Source: the human T2T-CHM13v2.0 reference genome, Homo sapiens. Taken from it: DNA of 64,000 nt. The first letter of the stretch is position 1, and every line of letters starts with the position of its first letter. The stretch is from NCBI RefSeq assembly GCF_009914755.1, contig NC_060936.1; one strand, written 5' to 3'. Shown piece by piece: positions 48,269-62,952 of this stretch. The notes below the pieces were generated by a model. That model had not been told where the DNA came from. It did not search any database and saw only the letters and a program-made list of their open reading frames with translations. A program made the translations under genes and the position numbers.

Positions 48269-49046
48269 TCAGAAAAAAGTATAGATAAAAGTCAAATACA
48301 CCCAAGCTTAGGGGTGGAAAAATCGAAAACCAGAATAATTCACATTTCCAACCGTGGCTGCTATTGGTCCAATTGCTTATGGGTTCTTTTTTCTTCTTTT
48401 TTCTTTTTTCTAAAGAGAATAGGGATAGCAAGAATTGTGATGGAACTGGATCCCTGGAAGTCAACATAGTCTTGGCCACTTAGGCTGTTTTTTACCCCCT
48501 ACCTGGCCTTATCCACAGTTTTGGCTTGGCTTAGCTCCATTCAAACACATGCTTAGTAATGGCACTAGGGGCTGCTACCACTGCTGCACAAATTGAAATC
48601 AGTATGAAAATGGAATAGAAAGATGTCAGCAAACTAATATTATTTTAAAAGGAAATTGCTTCCAATTTCAAAGCAGCAGGAGATTAGTAAGAAAATGAGG
48701 TTTCCGTTCCATAGGGTTTTCTAGGATGGAGATGTCTCATTCTAACATCCTTTTGGAATGGAAAAACACTTACTGTATAGTCTCCTTTACTTGGTTATCC
48801 TGAACCTCTTTACAGGCTGATAATTTTCTTGCTGGCAGTATATTGTATAGAATAGTTGTATTTTAAGACTTCTTCAAAAGTGTCTGTTAGCTTTGAGTAA
48901 TTATCCATTGTTGAATTTGGCAGAACAAAGAGAAACTTCTAGAATTTTTATCTTCAGCCTTAGAAAGTGTTGTTAACTCTGAAAGTTTATATTTAGAGGA
49001 CTTACTTTAAAAAAAGAAAGTAATACTTTTAAATGCCTGCTCATGA

Positions 49047-49445
<399 letters not shown>

Positions 49446-51023
49446 TGATCAGAGCCATGCAGGTAGTCTCATAGGTCCTTCAGTCCACAAATATTGAGGG
49501 TCCACCCTGTGCCATGTTATGGGGGCCTCTGTCATTTTGCTCAGGACTCTACTCTGAGGTGGTCCTGTATGGCTTGGATTATAAGAGACAGTCGAGGAAA
49601 CAAAAGATCTGCATGCTCTCCTTTCACAAATTCACTAAAATGTCATGGCAAAATATTTTGAGCACTCTACCTCACATAAACTTTCTAGTTCACAGTCTGG
49701 TAGGTTGACATGTCTCTAAATATTTGTTATTTTCTGATTGAATCCTACCTGAACCCAGTTAACTGAGATACACTAAATCATAGCACCCTTTATTTGAAAC
49801 AATACTGTAGGATTTCAAAGATCCATCAGTGTCTAGAAACTAGCAGGTATCTGTTGAATGAATGCTGCATTTTCTTCAACTCTGGGAGCCTGGATTAACT
49901 TCTACAAGTAATAGCACTGTTTCTATTTTGGTTACTTTCTGGCTACTGTCCTAGTCATTTTAGTTACCCTGATGCTGCCCCAGCGACTCAGCCCAGCCAG
50001 CACAAACTGTCCTGCTGGCTAACTGGATCATGGCTGCTGGTGGCCTATCGTATACTAGGGCTGAGAGAAAGAAGAAAGAATAGGGATGTCTATCCTTTAG
50101 GAAATGCAGTAGCATATTCTGCAGCCTTTTCCATTTTATTCATTTTGCTTTGGTTTGCTCAGAAGTATCAGAGCAAAATAGAAAATCAAATAATTGGAGC
50201 GCTCATCCTTATTTTCTCCTTGCCCAATCCCCATCCATAGTCTCTGGATGTGTCCCAACAAGGTGCTTACTGCTGAGCCACTCTGTATCTTTTCTGGAAG
50301 TCGGGGAGGTAAGGACAGATAAACAATGACACTAATTTTTCATCATCTCCCTATTCCTATGTTGCTATCATTCAACCAAACACCTACTGAGCACCTACTT
50401 CTGGCCCAGGTAATACACTTGGTCCTGAGGATACAAAGATCATACAGTTCCTCAGAGAGTTCGTGGTCTCCTGGGGGATGCAGAGAAGTAAAAATTCAGA
50501 GGAAAGCCCAGGAGATGTGTGAACCTAGAGGAAAGAGAGTTTAACTCTGCCTTAGGTGAAGAGGGGGTCAGTCCTCTTCATGGAGGAGAATTTTTATTCA
50601 TTCTGCTGGCTGGACAGCAAAGATACCAGGCATAAAATCGAGGTTCTTATTTTTCCAACTTTAAAATCTACTCCACAATGGTCCCCATTTACTGTCAAAG
50701 CTGGCTTGTGTGTGATAATACCACTAATATAATCATGCCATCCTCTCACTCCTGCTCACTTTACACTTTATATCTGAAGGTCACAGTACTAAAAACTGGC
50801 ATGGGTGTTTTCCAAGGAATCTGGTTATCAGGCTTGACTACAACTCTAAAACTGAAGATTAAAAGACAAGTTAACAGGCACTTTATAGGATGAGTATGGA
50901 GTCGGAGCTGTGATGGGCAGAGGAAAAAATCAGCAGCACTATGTTAAGCATATACCAACCAATGCCCAAAGCTGAAGGTAACTTATGATTTGTTTTTCTT
51001 AGGGGAGGACTTGTTTCACCTAC

Positions 51024-51302
51024 CATGTGGAATGTTCCTGGGGCCTTGACAGGTCTGAAGCCATGAACAGGTATGCATTGATCAGCGTGGCCATTGCAGA
51101 AGCAGCTGCCCTTGACAATGAAATCATAGATTGCATAGTGTGTAAAATGTTGAGGCTCTTCGTTCAGGTCATTTCTCTGACAGGGACAAGACTGTCGTTT
51201 CAGCAGCTGCACGCGAAGGTTGGTGATCTTCAGCTGCTCCTGAACTTTGGCACTGTAAGGGTTCTCTGTATCGTATGGTGGTGACAAAGCTTTGAAAATA
51301 AC
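51024..51302 (-). CDS. NTN4: Netrin-4 coding exon (probably exon 3): end of LN domain and start of laminin EGF-like domain 1
   Basis: 279 bp, 93 codons: VIFKALSPPYDTENPYSAKVQEQLKITNLRVQLLKRQSCPCQRNDLNEEPQHFTHYAIYDFIVKGSCFCNGHADQCIPVHGFRPVKAPGTFHM. Contains the laminin/netrin motif YAIYDFIVKGSCFCNGHA. Acceptor ttctccttacag|G, donor ATG|gtaggt; phase 0-0. Confidence 0.97.
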
Positions 51303-53978
51303 CTGTAAGGAGAAAGAAAATACCATGCGTTTATAGGACTGTGCGCAAACCCTGAATTGTTTGCCTAATGTAGTCCCTGTTTGATTTATGCCTTATGTCA
51401 TCTGTGAACGATAAGATAACAAGAAGTTTTTAGACCTTGAGCACACCTGGGACAGAGCCGCCCTGTTATTCTAAGGAGCAGATGTGCTGCCTGTTTGTAC
51501 ACAGAAGTATACATTGAGTGACCAGCAGAGACCTGACCCTTGAGATAAAGGCAGCCATACAAAGATCTTGCCAGGAAGAGCATTCTGGGCGAGGGAAGAG
51601 CAAGCTTAAAGGCTTTGAGGCAGAGTCAAGCTTGGCTTGCTCAAGGAAGAACAACGAAGTCAGTGTGACTGGAGACCAGTGAACAAAGAGAGAGTGGCTG
51701 GAGAGGCGGACAGAGAGCAGGTGTGAGATAGACATGAATGGAGCCCTGTGGAAGTCACAGTAGAGTTATGCTGACTGTAGCGGAAGCCACTGGGACACTG
51801 TAAGCAGAGAGGTGATATCTGATTTACCTTGCCTAAAAATATAACTCTCTCTTTTTGGATATAAAAGTATCACCTTAGAGATCAATTTCATACCAAAAGT
51901 ATGAAAAGGAAAGAATCGACTGTGTCACATGTCCAAGGTCTACTGGTACAGACCTGTCCTCAGTGAAATATAACTGTGGGGGAGAGGGTAATAATTCAGC
52001 AGACATTTGGCCTCTGCAGCTCATGGTCTAGCCAGTAGCCAGAGTGGTTCTCTATAAACAGAGATTGGATCGTGTCACTCCCTTGCTTAAACCACCCCCA
52101 CCTGAAGACCTCCCATTCTCCTCAGAACAAGATGCAAGGTCCTTATAATGGCTCTGCCTGGTTTCTGTTCTTAGTACTTATCACCATCTGACATTATATT
52201 TGTAGTGGTTTAGTGATTTACTATCTTCCCAGTCCAGACCAAAAACTTCATGTAGGCGGTCACGTATGTATCCCAGGACAGTGGCTGGCACATAGTAAGT
52301 ATTCAATAAATTTTTGGTAAACAAATTAATTAATTTAACATTGTTCTTGGCATTTGTGTAATAGGTGAGAATTCCAAATAACTTCCTTATGTCGGGTCTA
52401 AATTCATTCGCATACTGAATTTCACGTTAAACACCAGTATTATGACAATAATAAGAAATAACGGATTAACCGGTATTTGTATTTCTAGCTATTTTTGAAC
52501 TTTTAAAGCTTAAACAACATTGTATCTTAAACTCAAACCACATTCTGTCCCATTTATCCACATGCAAAGTGGTGGAAGGAAGCTTATCAGAAAATAAAAT
52601 TTTCCAACAAACAATATGTCATATATTCAAAAGTCAGTACAGAAGTAACATCTTTTTCTTTTAACAACAGCTAGAACATGATTTTCTGTTTCGAAGCATT
52701 TTTTAAAAATTGAATCCATTATGGGCTTTATATGGAACTGATTCTCAACGTGACCTCCAAACACTGACATTTCTGTTAGACAGGAAGAACCCTTGCTCTA
52801 AATGATATCAGTAAAGTGCTACCTCCTATTTTATCAACCACAGTAATGCAAGGACATGGAAAAGGACACACCAGTGCTAACCAAGTAAGAGCTCCACTGA
52901 AAAGTCTGTGGTGTCCTTCTCCTCGTTATCTGCCCACCCTTCCTTTTCCTGAGCCTCGGTGGCAACTGTTTGGTCTCTCTCTGTCTCTGCCACGTATTTA
53001 CCCTTGACATTTACCCTAGTTCCCTCTCTCACCCCATTCCATCTCCCCCTCACCCTCAGAATTGTTCCGCACAGGCAAAGCCAGAGGAAGCTCTGTCAAG
53101 GTCTGTAGGAACTTTGAAGCTCTTCTGCTTCCTGAGCCCAGACAGTGGGAGCTGAATGGCGGCTCTGTGCTTGGTGTGCATGACACCACAGTTGGCACGC
53201 GGATATCAGTAGGGAAGGGACATCATGACCCCTGAGGCTGTGTGCTGGAAAGGAGACAGCAGAGTGCCACAGACACAAAAGTGAACGGGAATTTAAACCA
53301 TGAAATCTTTTTTCCAGAAAGGAGACGCCTTAATCTGATACCCTGGGAATGGATCTACCCTGCGTCAGGAAACAAAGAGTCCGCCAGTACAGATGCTTCC
53401 AACTTCTGGCAGGTCGCCCTTTGGGTCCCACCCAGTTTTTCTTCAAACTTCCCCAGAAGAAGCCTGTATGGCATGAGTGAAATGAAGTAAGAAAACACGT
53501 AGAAGCCCTCAGGATAGTATCAGCCTCTTCTGTGTTTTGTTCCCATAAGGAAGGGAATGTATCTATAGGCCCATCACTGATCCTCTGTCTACAACTGCCT
53601 CTTAATACACACTCCCAACAAGATATATTAATATTTAGAAAGTCAGGGATTGCGCTTTTTGACCAGGTTCAAGCATACTTCAGTATTTCTGGCTCGTTAG
53701 TGCTATTGGCCAGGACTTCATGATCTCATTTTTTAATTAAGAACTTTTATTATGTTTTGGTGGTTAATATTATGCTCATTACAGAAAAATCGGTCATGCA
53801 AAATATTAAAGATAATAAGTACCTACAAAGTGATCTACCTCCAAAGATAACCAGGGATGCCAACTTGATAATATCTTTCTACTTAAACTTCTGTATGTAT
53901 GCATACATATAAAATACAACATAAACATCTTTATATACCTTGTGAGTATTCTTCCAAGTCACTAAGTGTATCTCTACA

Positions 53979-54163
53979 TCAGAGGTTCTCAAAGAATGGT
54001 TCCCCAGACCAACAGCACCCCTAGGGAACTTGTCAGAGATGCAAATTCTTGGACCCTATCCAAGATCAACTGAATCAGAAACTCTGCAGGTGGGGCCCAG
54101 CAATCTGTGTTTCAACAAGCCTTCCAGGTGATTCTGACACATAACAAAATTTGAGAAACACCG
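53979..54163. mobile_element. MER5A-like
   Basis: cagaggttctcaaag...actgaatcagaaactctg...tttgagaaacac. Confidence 0.7.
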
Positions 54164-54318
54164 TTACATAATTTTAAAACCTGCTTAGAATTACAGTGTG
54201 TGGCTATGACATAATTTATTTAGCCAGGCTGCTATTGTTAGGCAACTAGGTTGCTTCCAGCTTTTCAGTGTAACCCACTGCAGGGAACAACCTTGTAGCT
54301 AAAATGTGGATGTACAGA

Positions 54319-54579
54319 CAGTAGTCCGCCCTTATCCTCCGGGAATGACTTCCAAGACCCCCAAGGGATGCCTGAAACTGCAGACAGTACTGAACCCATA
54401 GAGACTATGTTTCTCCTATACATACATACCTATGATAAAGTTTAATTTATAAATGAATTATATATGATATATAATTATATATTTATTATATATTAAATAC
54501 AATTATATATAATTCATTTATAAATTAAACTTTATCATAGGTATGTATGTATAGGAAAAACCTATAATGTAAATTATGT

Positions 54580-54635
<56 letters not shown>

Positions 54636-55035
54636 CTCCATGCCAACCTGGAGGATTGTTATATCCTCTTGATGAAGTGACTGTTTTATCTATGTATGTC
54701 CCTTTTTATCCTTGGCAATATTCTTTGATCTAAAATCTACTTTGATAGTAATATAGCCACTCAAGCTTTCTTTTAAAGTGTTTAATATATATATATAAAA
54801 ATTATATATAATTTATAAATTAAACTTTATAATAGCACAGTAAGAGATTAACAACAAATAATAAAATAGAACAACGAAAAATAAAACAATTATAACAATA
54901 CACTGTAATAAAATTTATGTAAATGTGGTCTCTCTCTCTCTCTCAAAATATTTACTGTACTCGCCTATTTTTGGACCATGGTTGATGGTTACTGAAACCA
55001 CGGTAAGTGAAACTGCACATAAGGGAGGACTACTG
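54319..55035 (+). mobile_element. MER44A-like Tigger-derived DNA transposon with a complex internal insertion
   Basis: Terminal inverted repeats cagtagtccgcccttat...ataagggaggactactg, followed by TA. Confidence 0.8.
54586..54632. repeat. (TA)n microsatellite, about 23 units
   Basis: Seen directly. Confidence 0.95.
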
Positions 55036-55371
55036 TAATAATTTCCTGAAGATACATTTCCAAAGCTGAAATCAATGGGTAAAGGAAATGCATAATTTAA
55101 AAAATATCTGACCCTCTGAATGAATCATGGACCCCTTCCTACCTAACCTTTGGAATCTTCACATTTTCCTGGTCTTGCCTTATTTCTCTAAGCCTCGAAT
55201 CCCTTGAACTTTGCCTGAGGATGGGGATTCTTGGCTCAGGCTCTGCCATTTCTTTGTGCCCCAGTGTAACAGAGAAATCCATACAAAGTCCTGAACAGGT
55301 GAAAATGACCTATATGATCTTTCTATTCTAGAATACTCATAAAAAATTCTCAATAAGAAGATGGAAAATTA

Positions 55372-55538
55372 GGCTAGGTGCGGTGGCTCATGCCTGTCAT
55401 CCCAGCACTTTGGGAGGCTGAGGTGGGTGGATCACAATGTCAGGAGTTTGAGACCAGCCTGGTTAACATGGTGAAACCCCATCTCTACTAAAAATACAAA
55501 AATTAGCCAGGCATGGTGGCGTTAAAAAAAAAAAAAAG
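55372..55538 (+). mobile_element. 3'-deleted Alu (left arm, a few bases of right arm, then an A run)
   Basis: Consensus stops at ggcatggtggcg followed by ttaaaaaaaaaaaaaa. Confidence 0.85.
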
Positions 55539-57062
55539 CATGCTATATGTCTTATTTATGCTTTGAGATGAAAATTTAAACAGAGCATCAATACAGTGTG
55601 AACAGAATAAGGAATAAATATTAGGTACATAATAGTCAAGGAATTCTTTGAGAATCAAACTCATATCTTAACATATTGCTCCATGCCTAACATTGTATTG
55701 CCTATGTTGAATTATAAAAATTTGTAATAATAAATGTGATCATATTTTTAAAAATTCTTTTTAGCTGCTAGCTTGAGGAATAATATTCAAGGCCGTCCTG
55801 TGGACTCCCTTGGAACTCGTTCCTTCCATGATGGCACACTTACACTGTTCTATTGTTGTTGCCTATTTACTTGTCTGTATCTCACATCAGACTCAGTGCT
55901 CAGAGGGCAGGGATCCTGTTTGTCTGGTTCACAGCTGTGCTCCCCAGCATGTCCCACAGTCTCTGGCACATTGTAGCATTTCATAATGACTGCTGAATGA
56001 ATAAATGAATCAACTATTTCTCCAAGTATCATTCTAAGAGGAGAAGCCAAACAGGGTCTAGAGTTTAGAAGAACACAGATAGCAAGATGCTCTTACCACA
56101 AGTTCCGCACTCTTGATGAGAACGATGTGAACACACACATCTATGTATAAACACTATGTAAAAATATGTAATACATTTCAAAATGCTTTATGGATTTCTT
56201 CTCTTCAGTAGCACACAAGATCTTTCATATTCTTAAGAAAATGGATCAGGCAGGTATAGCAAACACTCCAAGAAATACAAATCTTTTCCATAGTTTCTGA
56301 TCTAGTTTTCTTATTTACTAAAAATAGCAACTTCAGGAACATAACTGCATTTGTTCTTTAACAGTTCTTAAGATACTAGACACATCCTCACATTCTTAAA
56401 GAAGCAGCTTTTTGTTTTAATGATTTTCTCTATTGTTTTTCTGTTTTTCTTTTTCATTGGTTTCTGCTTTTATCTTTATTATTTACTTTCTTCTGCTTAC
56501 TTTGTGTTTAATGTGCTCTTCTTTTACTAGTTTCTTAAAGGGAAAACTTAGATCATTGATTTGACTTTTTAAAAATAATTCACTAAGCAGTGAATTTTAC
56601 TTTTAAGCTCTGTTGGACTTGAAGATCATTGATTTGAGATGTTTCTTTTTCCCTAGGTACTTCTTCAGTTGCATCCCCCCGAAGTTTGATACGCTGTGTT
56701 TTCATTTCCATTCAATTTCAAAATACTCCTGATTTCCTTTTGATTTCTTCTTTGAATAACTGGAATAAAAAGTGTGTTTACTCCAGTTATTTGGGGATTT
56801 CCCAGATACCTTCCTGTTATTGATTTCTAACTTAATTTCATTGTGGTCAAAGAACATATTTTGTATGATATGAATCCTTTTACATTTATCAATACTTGTT
56901 TTATGACTCAGTATATGTTCTGTCTTGATAATGCACCTTGTATCCTTGAAAAAGTATTGAAATATCCAGCTATAATTATCAACTTATTTTATTTCTCCCT
57001 TCAGGTTTTGCTTCATGTATTTTGAAGCCCTGTTGTTGGGTACATAAACATGGAGGATTGTT

Positions 57063-57392
<330 letters not shown>

Positions 57393-59149
57393 TGACTGTT
57401 TTATCAGTGTATGTCCCTTTTTATCCTTGGCAATATTCTTTGATCTAAAATCTACTTTGATAGTAATATAGCCACTCGAGCTTTCTTTTAAAGTATTAGT
57501 AGGGTATATCTTTTTTTATCCTTTTACTTTTAACTTAGCTATATCTTTATATTTAAAGTGAGCTTCTTATAGGCAGCATACCTAATCTTTTTCAAAAATT
57601 TTGTCCAATATTATAATCTATGCCTTTAATGGGGATATTTACACCTTTTACATTTAATGTGATTGATGATATTTACCACTTCACATATAGTATAAGAAAC
57701 TAAGAAGAGTATACTCTCATTTCCTCCCCTCAACCTTTGCACTGTTGTCATCCATATTACCTCTATGTATATGTTATAAGCTCCACAACACACTGTTAAT
57801 ACCTTGGCTTTAAAAAGCCAACTAATTATCTTTAAAGAGATTTTAGAAATATAAAAAGGCATTTCACATGTATTCACCTACTTTTCCTTTTTGATGATCT
57901 TCATTCCTTTTTGTAGGTCCAGATATCCATCTGGTATCATTTTTCTTCTGTCTGAAGGATTTCCTTCAATGCAAATCTGCTGGTGAAAAACTTTTTTTTT
58001 TTTTTTTTTGGCTTCTTTATGTCTGAAAAAGTCTTGACTTCATCTTCATTTTTGTAAAATATTTTTTGCTGGGTATAGAATTCTAAGTTGACTTCTTTTT
58101 TTCTTTCGGCACTTTAAAAGTTTCTGCCTCCGCTGTCTTCAGGCTTACGTTGTTTCCAACAAAAAGCTTTTGTCATTCTTAGATTTGTTCCTCTGTACGT
58201 AATGTGCCATTTTTTTCTCTGGCTGCTTTTAAGGTTTTCTTTTTACCATTGCTTTTTAAACAATTTGATTGTTATGTGTTTTGGAGTAGATTTCTTCTTG
58301 TTTCTTGTGTTTAAGGTTTGTTGCACTTCTTGGATCCATGGATTTATAGTTATTATAAAATTTAGAAAAATTTCAACCATTATTTCTTAAAAATTTTTGT
58401 TCCCCTCCTCTCCCTTCTTTCCTTTGTTGGTTCCAACTACATGTACCAAATTGCCTGAAGCTGTCCCAGAGCTCACTAATGCTATATTTATTTCTTTTTC
58501 TGGCTTTTTTTTCTCCCTGTGTTTCATATTGGGTCATTTCTATTGCTACGTATTAAACGTCACTAATCTTTTCTTCTACAATGTCTAGTCTACTAATCCT
58601 GTTTGGTATGTATTTTTCATCTCAGGCATCAGAATCTTCAAAAATGGTCATTCAACTTTTTTTTGCTATCTTTTCCTTGCCTCTGCTTAATGTGCTCCAT
58701 CTTTCTTCCACCTTTTGAACATAAGAAATACAGTGATAATAACTGTTTTAAAGTCCTCAGCTACTAACTGTATCATTTGTGTCATTTCTGTGTCTGTTTC
58801 TATTGATTTGTTTTTCTTTTTATTATGAGTTGTATTCTCTGTTTCTTTGCAGGTCTTGATTAGCTGCTAGGTATCATGAATTTTACCTTGTTGGGGGCTG
58901 AATATTTTTGTATTCTTGAGCTTTTTCTTGGGATGCAGTTCAGTTTCCTGGAAATAGCTGGATCCTTTTGAGTCTTGCTTTTACATTTTGTTATGTGGGA
59001 CCAATGCATTTTCTAGCATAAGGCTAATTCTGCCCCTCTACTGAGGTGATACTCTTCGAATTACTCTAACAATGAATTACAAGGTTTTCCACACTGTCTG
59101 TTCCTGGCCCCATGTTACCTCTGGGGATTGTTCCCTCCCTCCTTCAGGG

Positions 59150-59708
59150 TGTAATGCCCAACCTTGTTTTTACTAACCCTGTTCTTAGTCTCTCCCTTTC
59201 CTTTAATCACCTAGACTTGTTTCCACCTGAATTGATTCTCCCTTAGCTAAGAGAGCCAGACAGACTCCATCTTGGCTCTTTCACTGGCAGCCCCTTCCTC
59301 AAGGACTTAACTTGTGCAAGCTGACTCCTAGCACATCCAAGAATGCAATTAACTGATAAGATACTGTGGCGAGCAATATCTGCAGTTCCCAGGAATTCGT
59401 CCGATTGATAACACCCAAAGCCCCGCGTCTATCACCTTGTAATAGTCTTAAAGCCCCTGCACCTGGAACTGTTTACTTTCCTGTAACCATTTATCCGTTT
59501 AACTTTTTTGCCTACTTTACTTCTGTAAAGTTGTTTTAACTAGACCCCCCCCTCCCCTTTCTAAACCAAAGTATAAAAGAAAATCTAGCCCCTTCTTCGG
59601 GGCCGAGAGAACTTTGAGCATTAGCTGTCTCTTGGCCGCCGGCTAAATAAACGGACTCTTAATTCATCTCAAAGTGTGGCGTTTTCTCTAACTCGCTCAG
59701 GTACAACA
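59150..59708 (+). mobile_element. ERV1 solo LTR, probably LTR6A/LTR6B (HERVS71)
   Basis: 559 bp with TG...CA ends and a 4-bp TSD aggg (59146-59149, 59709-59712). TATA-like gtataaaa near 59571 and AATAAA near 59646. Family assigned from recalled consensus. Confidence 0.8.
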
Positions 59709-60489
59709 AGGGTGTTTCTCTCTCTGGCCTCAGGTAGTTTTCTTGCATATGTGTTGAACAGTTCTCAGCTGGAGACTTGAGAAGGACTATCTGCAAATCT
59801 CTGAAAGTCTCTTCCATATAGTGCTCTCCTCTGTGGAACTCTACCTTGCAAACTCTAGCTCCCTTGGTCTTTCCTAGATTCTCGAGTCCTTAAGTCAGGA
59901 AATCCATCGAGCTCTATCTAGGTTCCTCTTCCCTGCACTGCAGACTGGACACCCTCTCTAGGCAGTAAGCTGGGGTAATTGTAGGGCTCACCTCATTTGT
60001 TTCCCTTCTCTCAGGGATCATTGTCCTCTTCTGCTGGAAGTTCAATACTTTAAAACAATTGTTTCACATATTTTGTCCAGTTTTTTAGTAGTTTCAGGTG
60101 GGAGGGTAAATCTGGTCCTTATTACCCATCCTGGATGAGAAGTGACATGTAAAAACCCAAGGCAGCTTAACTTTTATAAAACACAGTTTATAAAACTGTA
60201 CATAAACTAAGCCTTTATTTTTGTACTCAAATATATAGAAATGGCATATTGGATGTTTTATAATAAAGTTAGAAGTATAGTTATATTTAGTAGATAGAAA
60301 GGCATGAAAAATCAATAAAATATGTTCCTGAAAAATTTGAAAAAGAAAATATAAGCATCTAAACTTTGTACATTTATTCAATAATTCTGTTTTAGTAATT
60401 TGTGTCTGAATATACCAGTAAACTCCCATTATAACTTTTCAAATAATTTGTGATACCTATTATTATGATCGCCTATATATGTATGTATT

Positions 60490-60762
60490 GTTTTCTTTTT
60501 TTTTCAGAGACAATGTCTTGCTTGAGTCTAGTGGCACAATCATAGCTCACCACAGCCTTGAACTACTGGGCTCAAGTAATCCTCCTGCGTAGCTGGGATT
60601 ACAGGTGCATGCCACCATGCCCAGCTAACTTCTTTATTTTTTGTAGATACTAAGTCTCACTATGTTGCCCAGGTTGGTCTCAAACTCCTGGCCTCAAGAG
60701 ATCTTCCTGCCTTGGTCTCTCAAAGTTTTGGGATTACAGGCACGAGCCACTGTGCTTGGACT
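60490..60762 (-). mobile_element. Alu (AluJ-like)
   Basis: Reverse diverged Alu. Confidence 0.85.
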
Positions 60763-61088
60763 ATTTATATTTTTTGTGTGTGTGTTTATGCTATGTTTTG
60801 ATGCATCCTTATATATCCCCAACATCTAATACAATGCCTTATGAATTCTCAATAATGTTACTGAATGAGTGAATCTGAATCATGTCAATACAGGTTTATT
60901 TTGATTTTCCAATATAAAAATAATGGAATAACTATAATAAAAATTTATTTTTATAATGTACATTTCATTAATAAGCAAAAATTCTAGGTACATATTGCCT
61001 CACAATAAACTTTATCACTTAAAAAATATCTTAATTTTTATGGTAATCTTACACCCCCTTCAACATAACTAGCACAATTTTACTTTAT

Positions 61089-61438
<350 letters not shown>

Positions 61439-61581
61439 TCAGCTTATTATTTATTCATTACATTATTCAAATATGGCATTGAAAAAGTATTAAATATTTG
61501 AATATTTTCAGTAATAAATTTACACCAACTGCAGGAATGACTACAAACATTTAGGGAGAAATCCCTGGAACTTTTGCCTAA

Positions 61582-61941
<360 letters not shown>

Positions 61942-62019
61942 TAAAATCACATTTCTTCCCTACTGTGTCTAAGCCTGGTTGGAATAGGATCTATAGTGAG
62001 AAACATTTCCACTTGTATT

Positions 62020-62442
62020 TGTCAGGCCTCTGAGCCCAAGCCAAGCCATCGCATCCCCTGTGACTTGCACATATACGCCCAGATGGCCTGAAGTAACTGA
62101 AGAATCACAAAAGAAGAGAAAAGGCCCTGCCCTGCCTTAACTGATGACATTCCACCATTGTGATTTGTTCCTGCCCCACCATTAACCCTGTGAATTTCCT
62201 TCTCCTGGCTCAGAAGCTCCCCAACTGAGCACCTTGTGACCCCTACCCCTGCCCACCAGAAAACAACCCCCTTTGACTGTAATTTTCCATTACCTTCCCA
62301 AATCCTATAAAACGGCCCCACCCCTATCTCCCTTCGCTGACTCTCTTTTTGGACTCAGCCCGCCTGCACCCAGGTGAAATAAACAGCCATGTTGCTCACA
62401 CAAAGCCTGTTTGGTGGTCTCTTCACATGGACGCGCATGAAA
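62020..62442 (+). mobile_element. HERV-H 5' LTR (LTR7 family)
   Basis: Starts tgtcaggcctctgagcccaagccaagccatc and ends gacgcgcatgaaa. TATA box tataaaa at 62306 and AATAAA at 62378. Followed directly by a primer-binding site. Confidence 0.93.
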
Positions 62443-62952
62443 TTTGGTGCTGTGACTCGAATTGGGGGACCTCCCTTGGGAGATCAATCCGCTGTACTCC
62501 TGTTCTTTGCTCCGTGAGAAAGATCCACCTATGACCTCAGGTCCTCAGACCGACCAGCCCAAGGAACATCTCACCAATTTTAAATCAGGTAAGCGGCCTC
62601 TTCTTACTCTCTTCTCCAACCTCTCTCACTGTCCCTCAACCACTTTCTCCTTTCCACTCTTCAATCTCTCCCTTCTCTTAATTTCAATTCCTTTCATTTT
62701 CTGGGAGAGACAAAGGAGACACATTTTATCCGTGCACCCAAAACTCTGGCGCCGGTCACGGACTGGGAAGGCAGCCTTCCCTTGGTGTTTAAACATTGCA
62801 GGGACGCCTCTCTGATTATACACCCACGTTTCAAAGGTGTCAGATCACGCAGGGACGCCTGCCTTGGTCCTTCACCCTTAGTGGCAAGTCCTGCTTTTCT
62901 GGGGAAGGGGCAAGTACCCCAACCCCTTCTCTCCTTGTCTCTACCCCTTCTC

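Noticed and set aside
51015-51024. Tandem donor ATG|gtag|gtgaaa
   Set aside because: The second site is weak and would cause a frameshift; no evidence of use.
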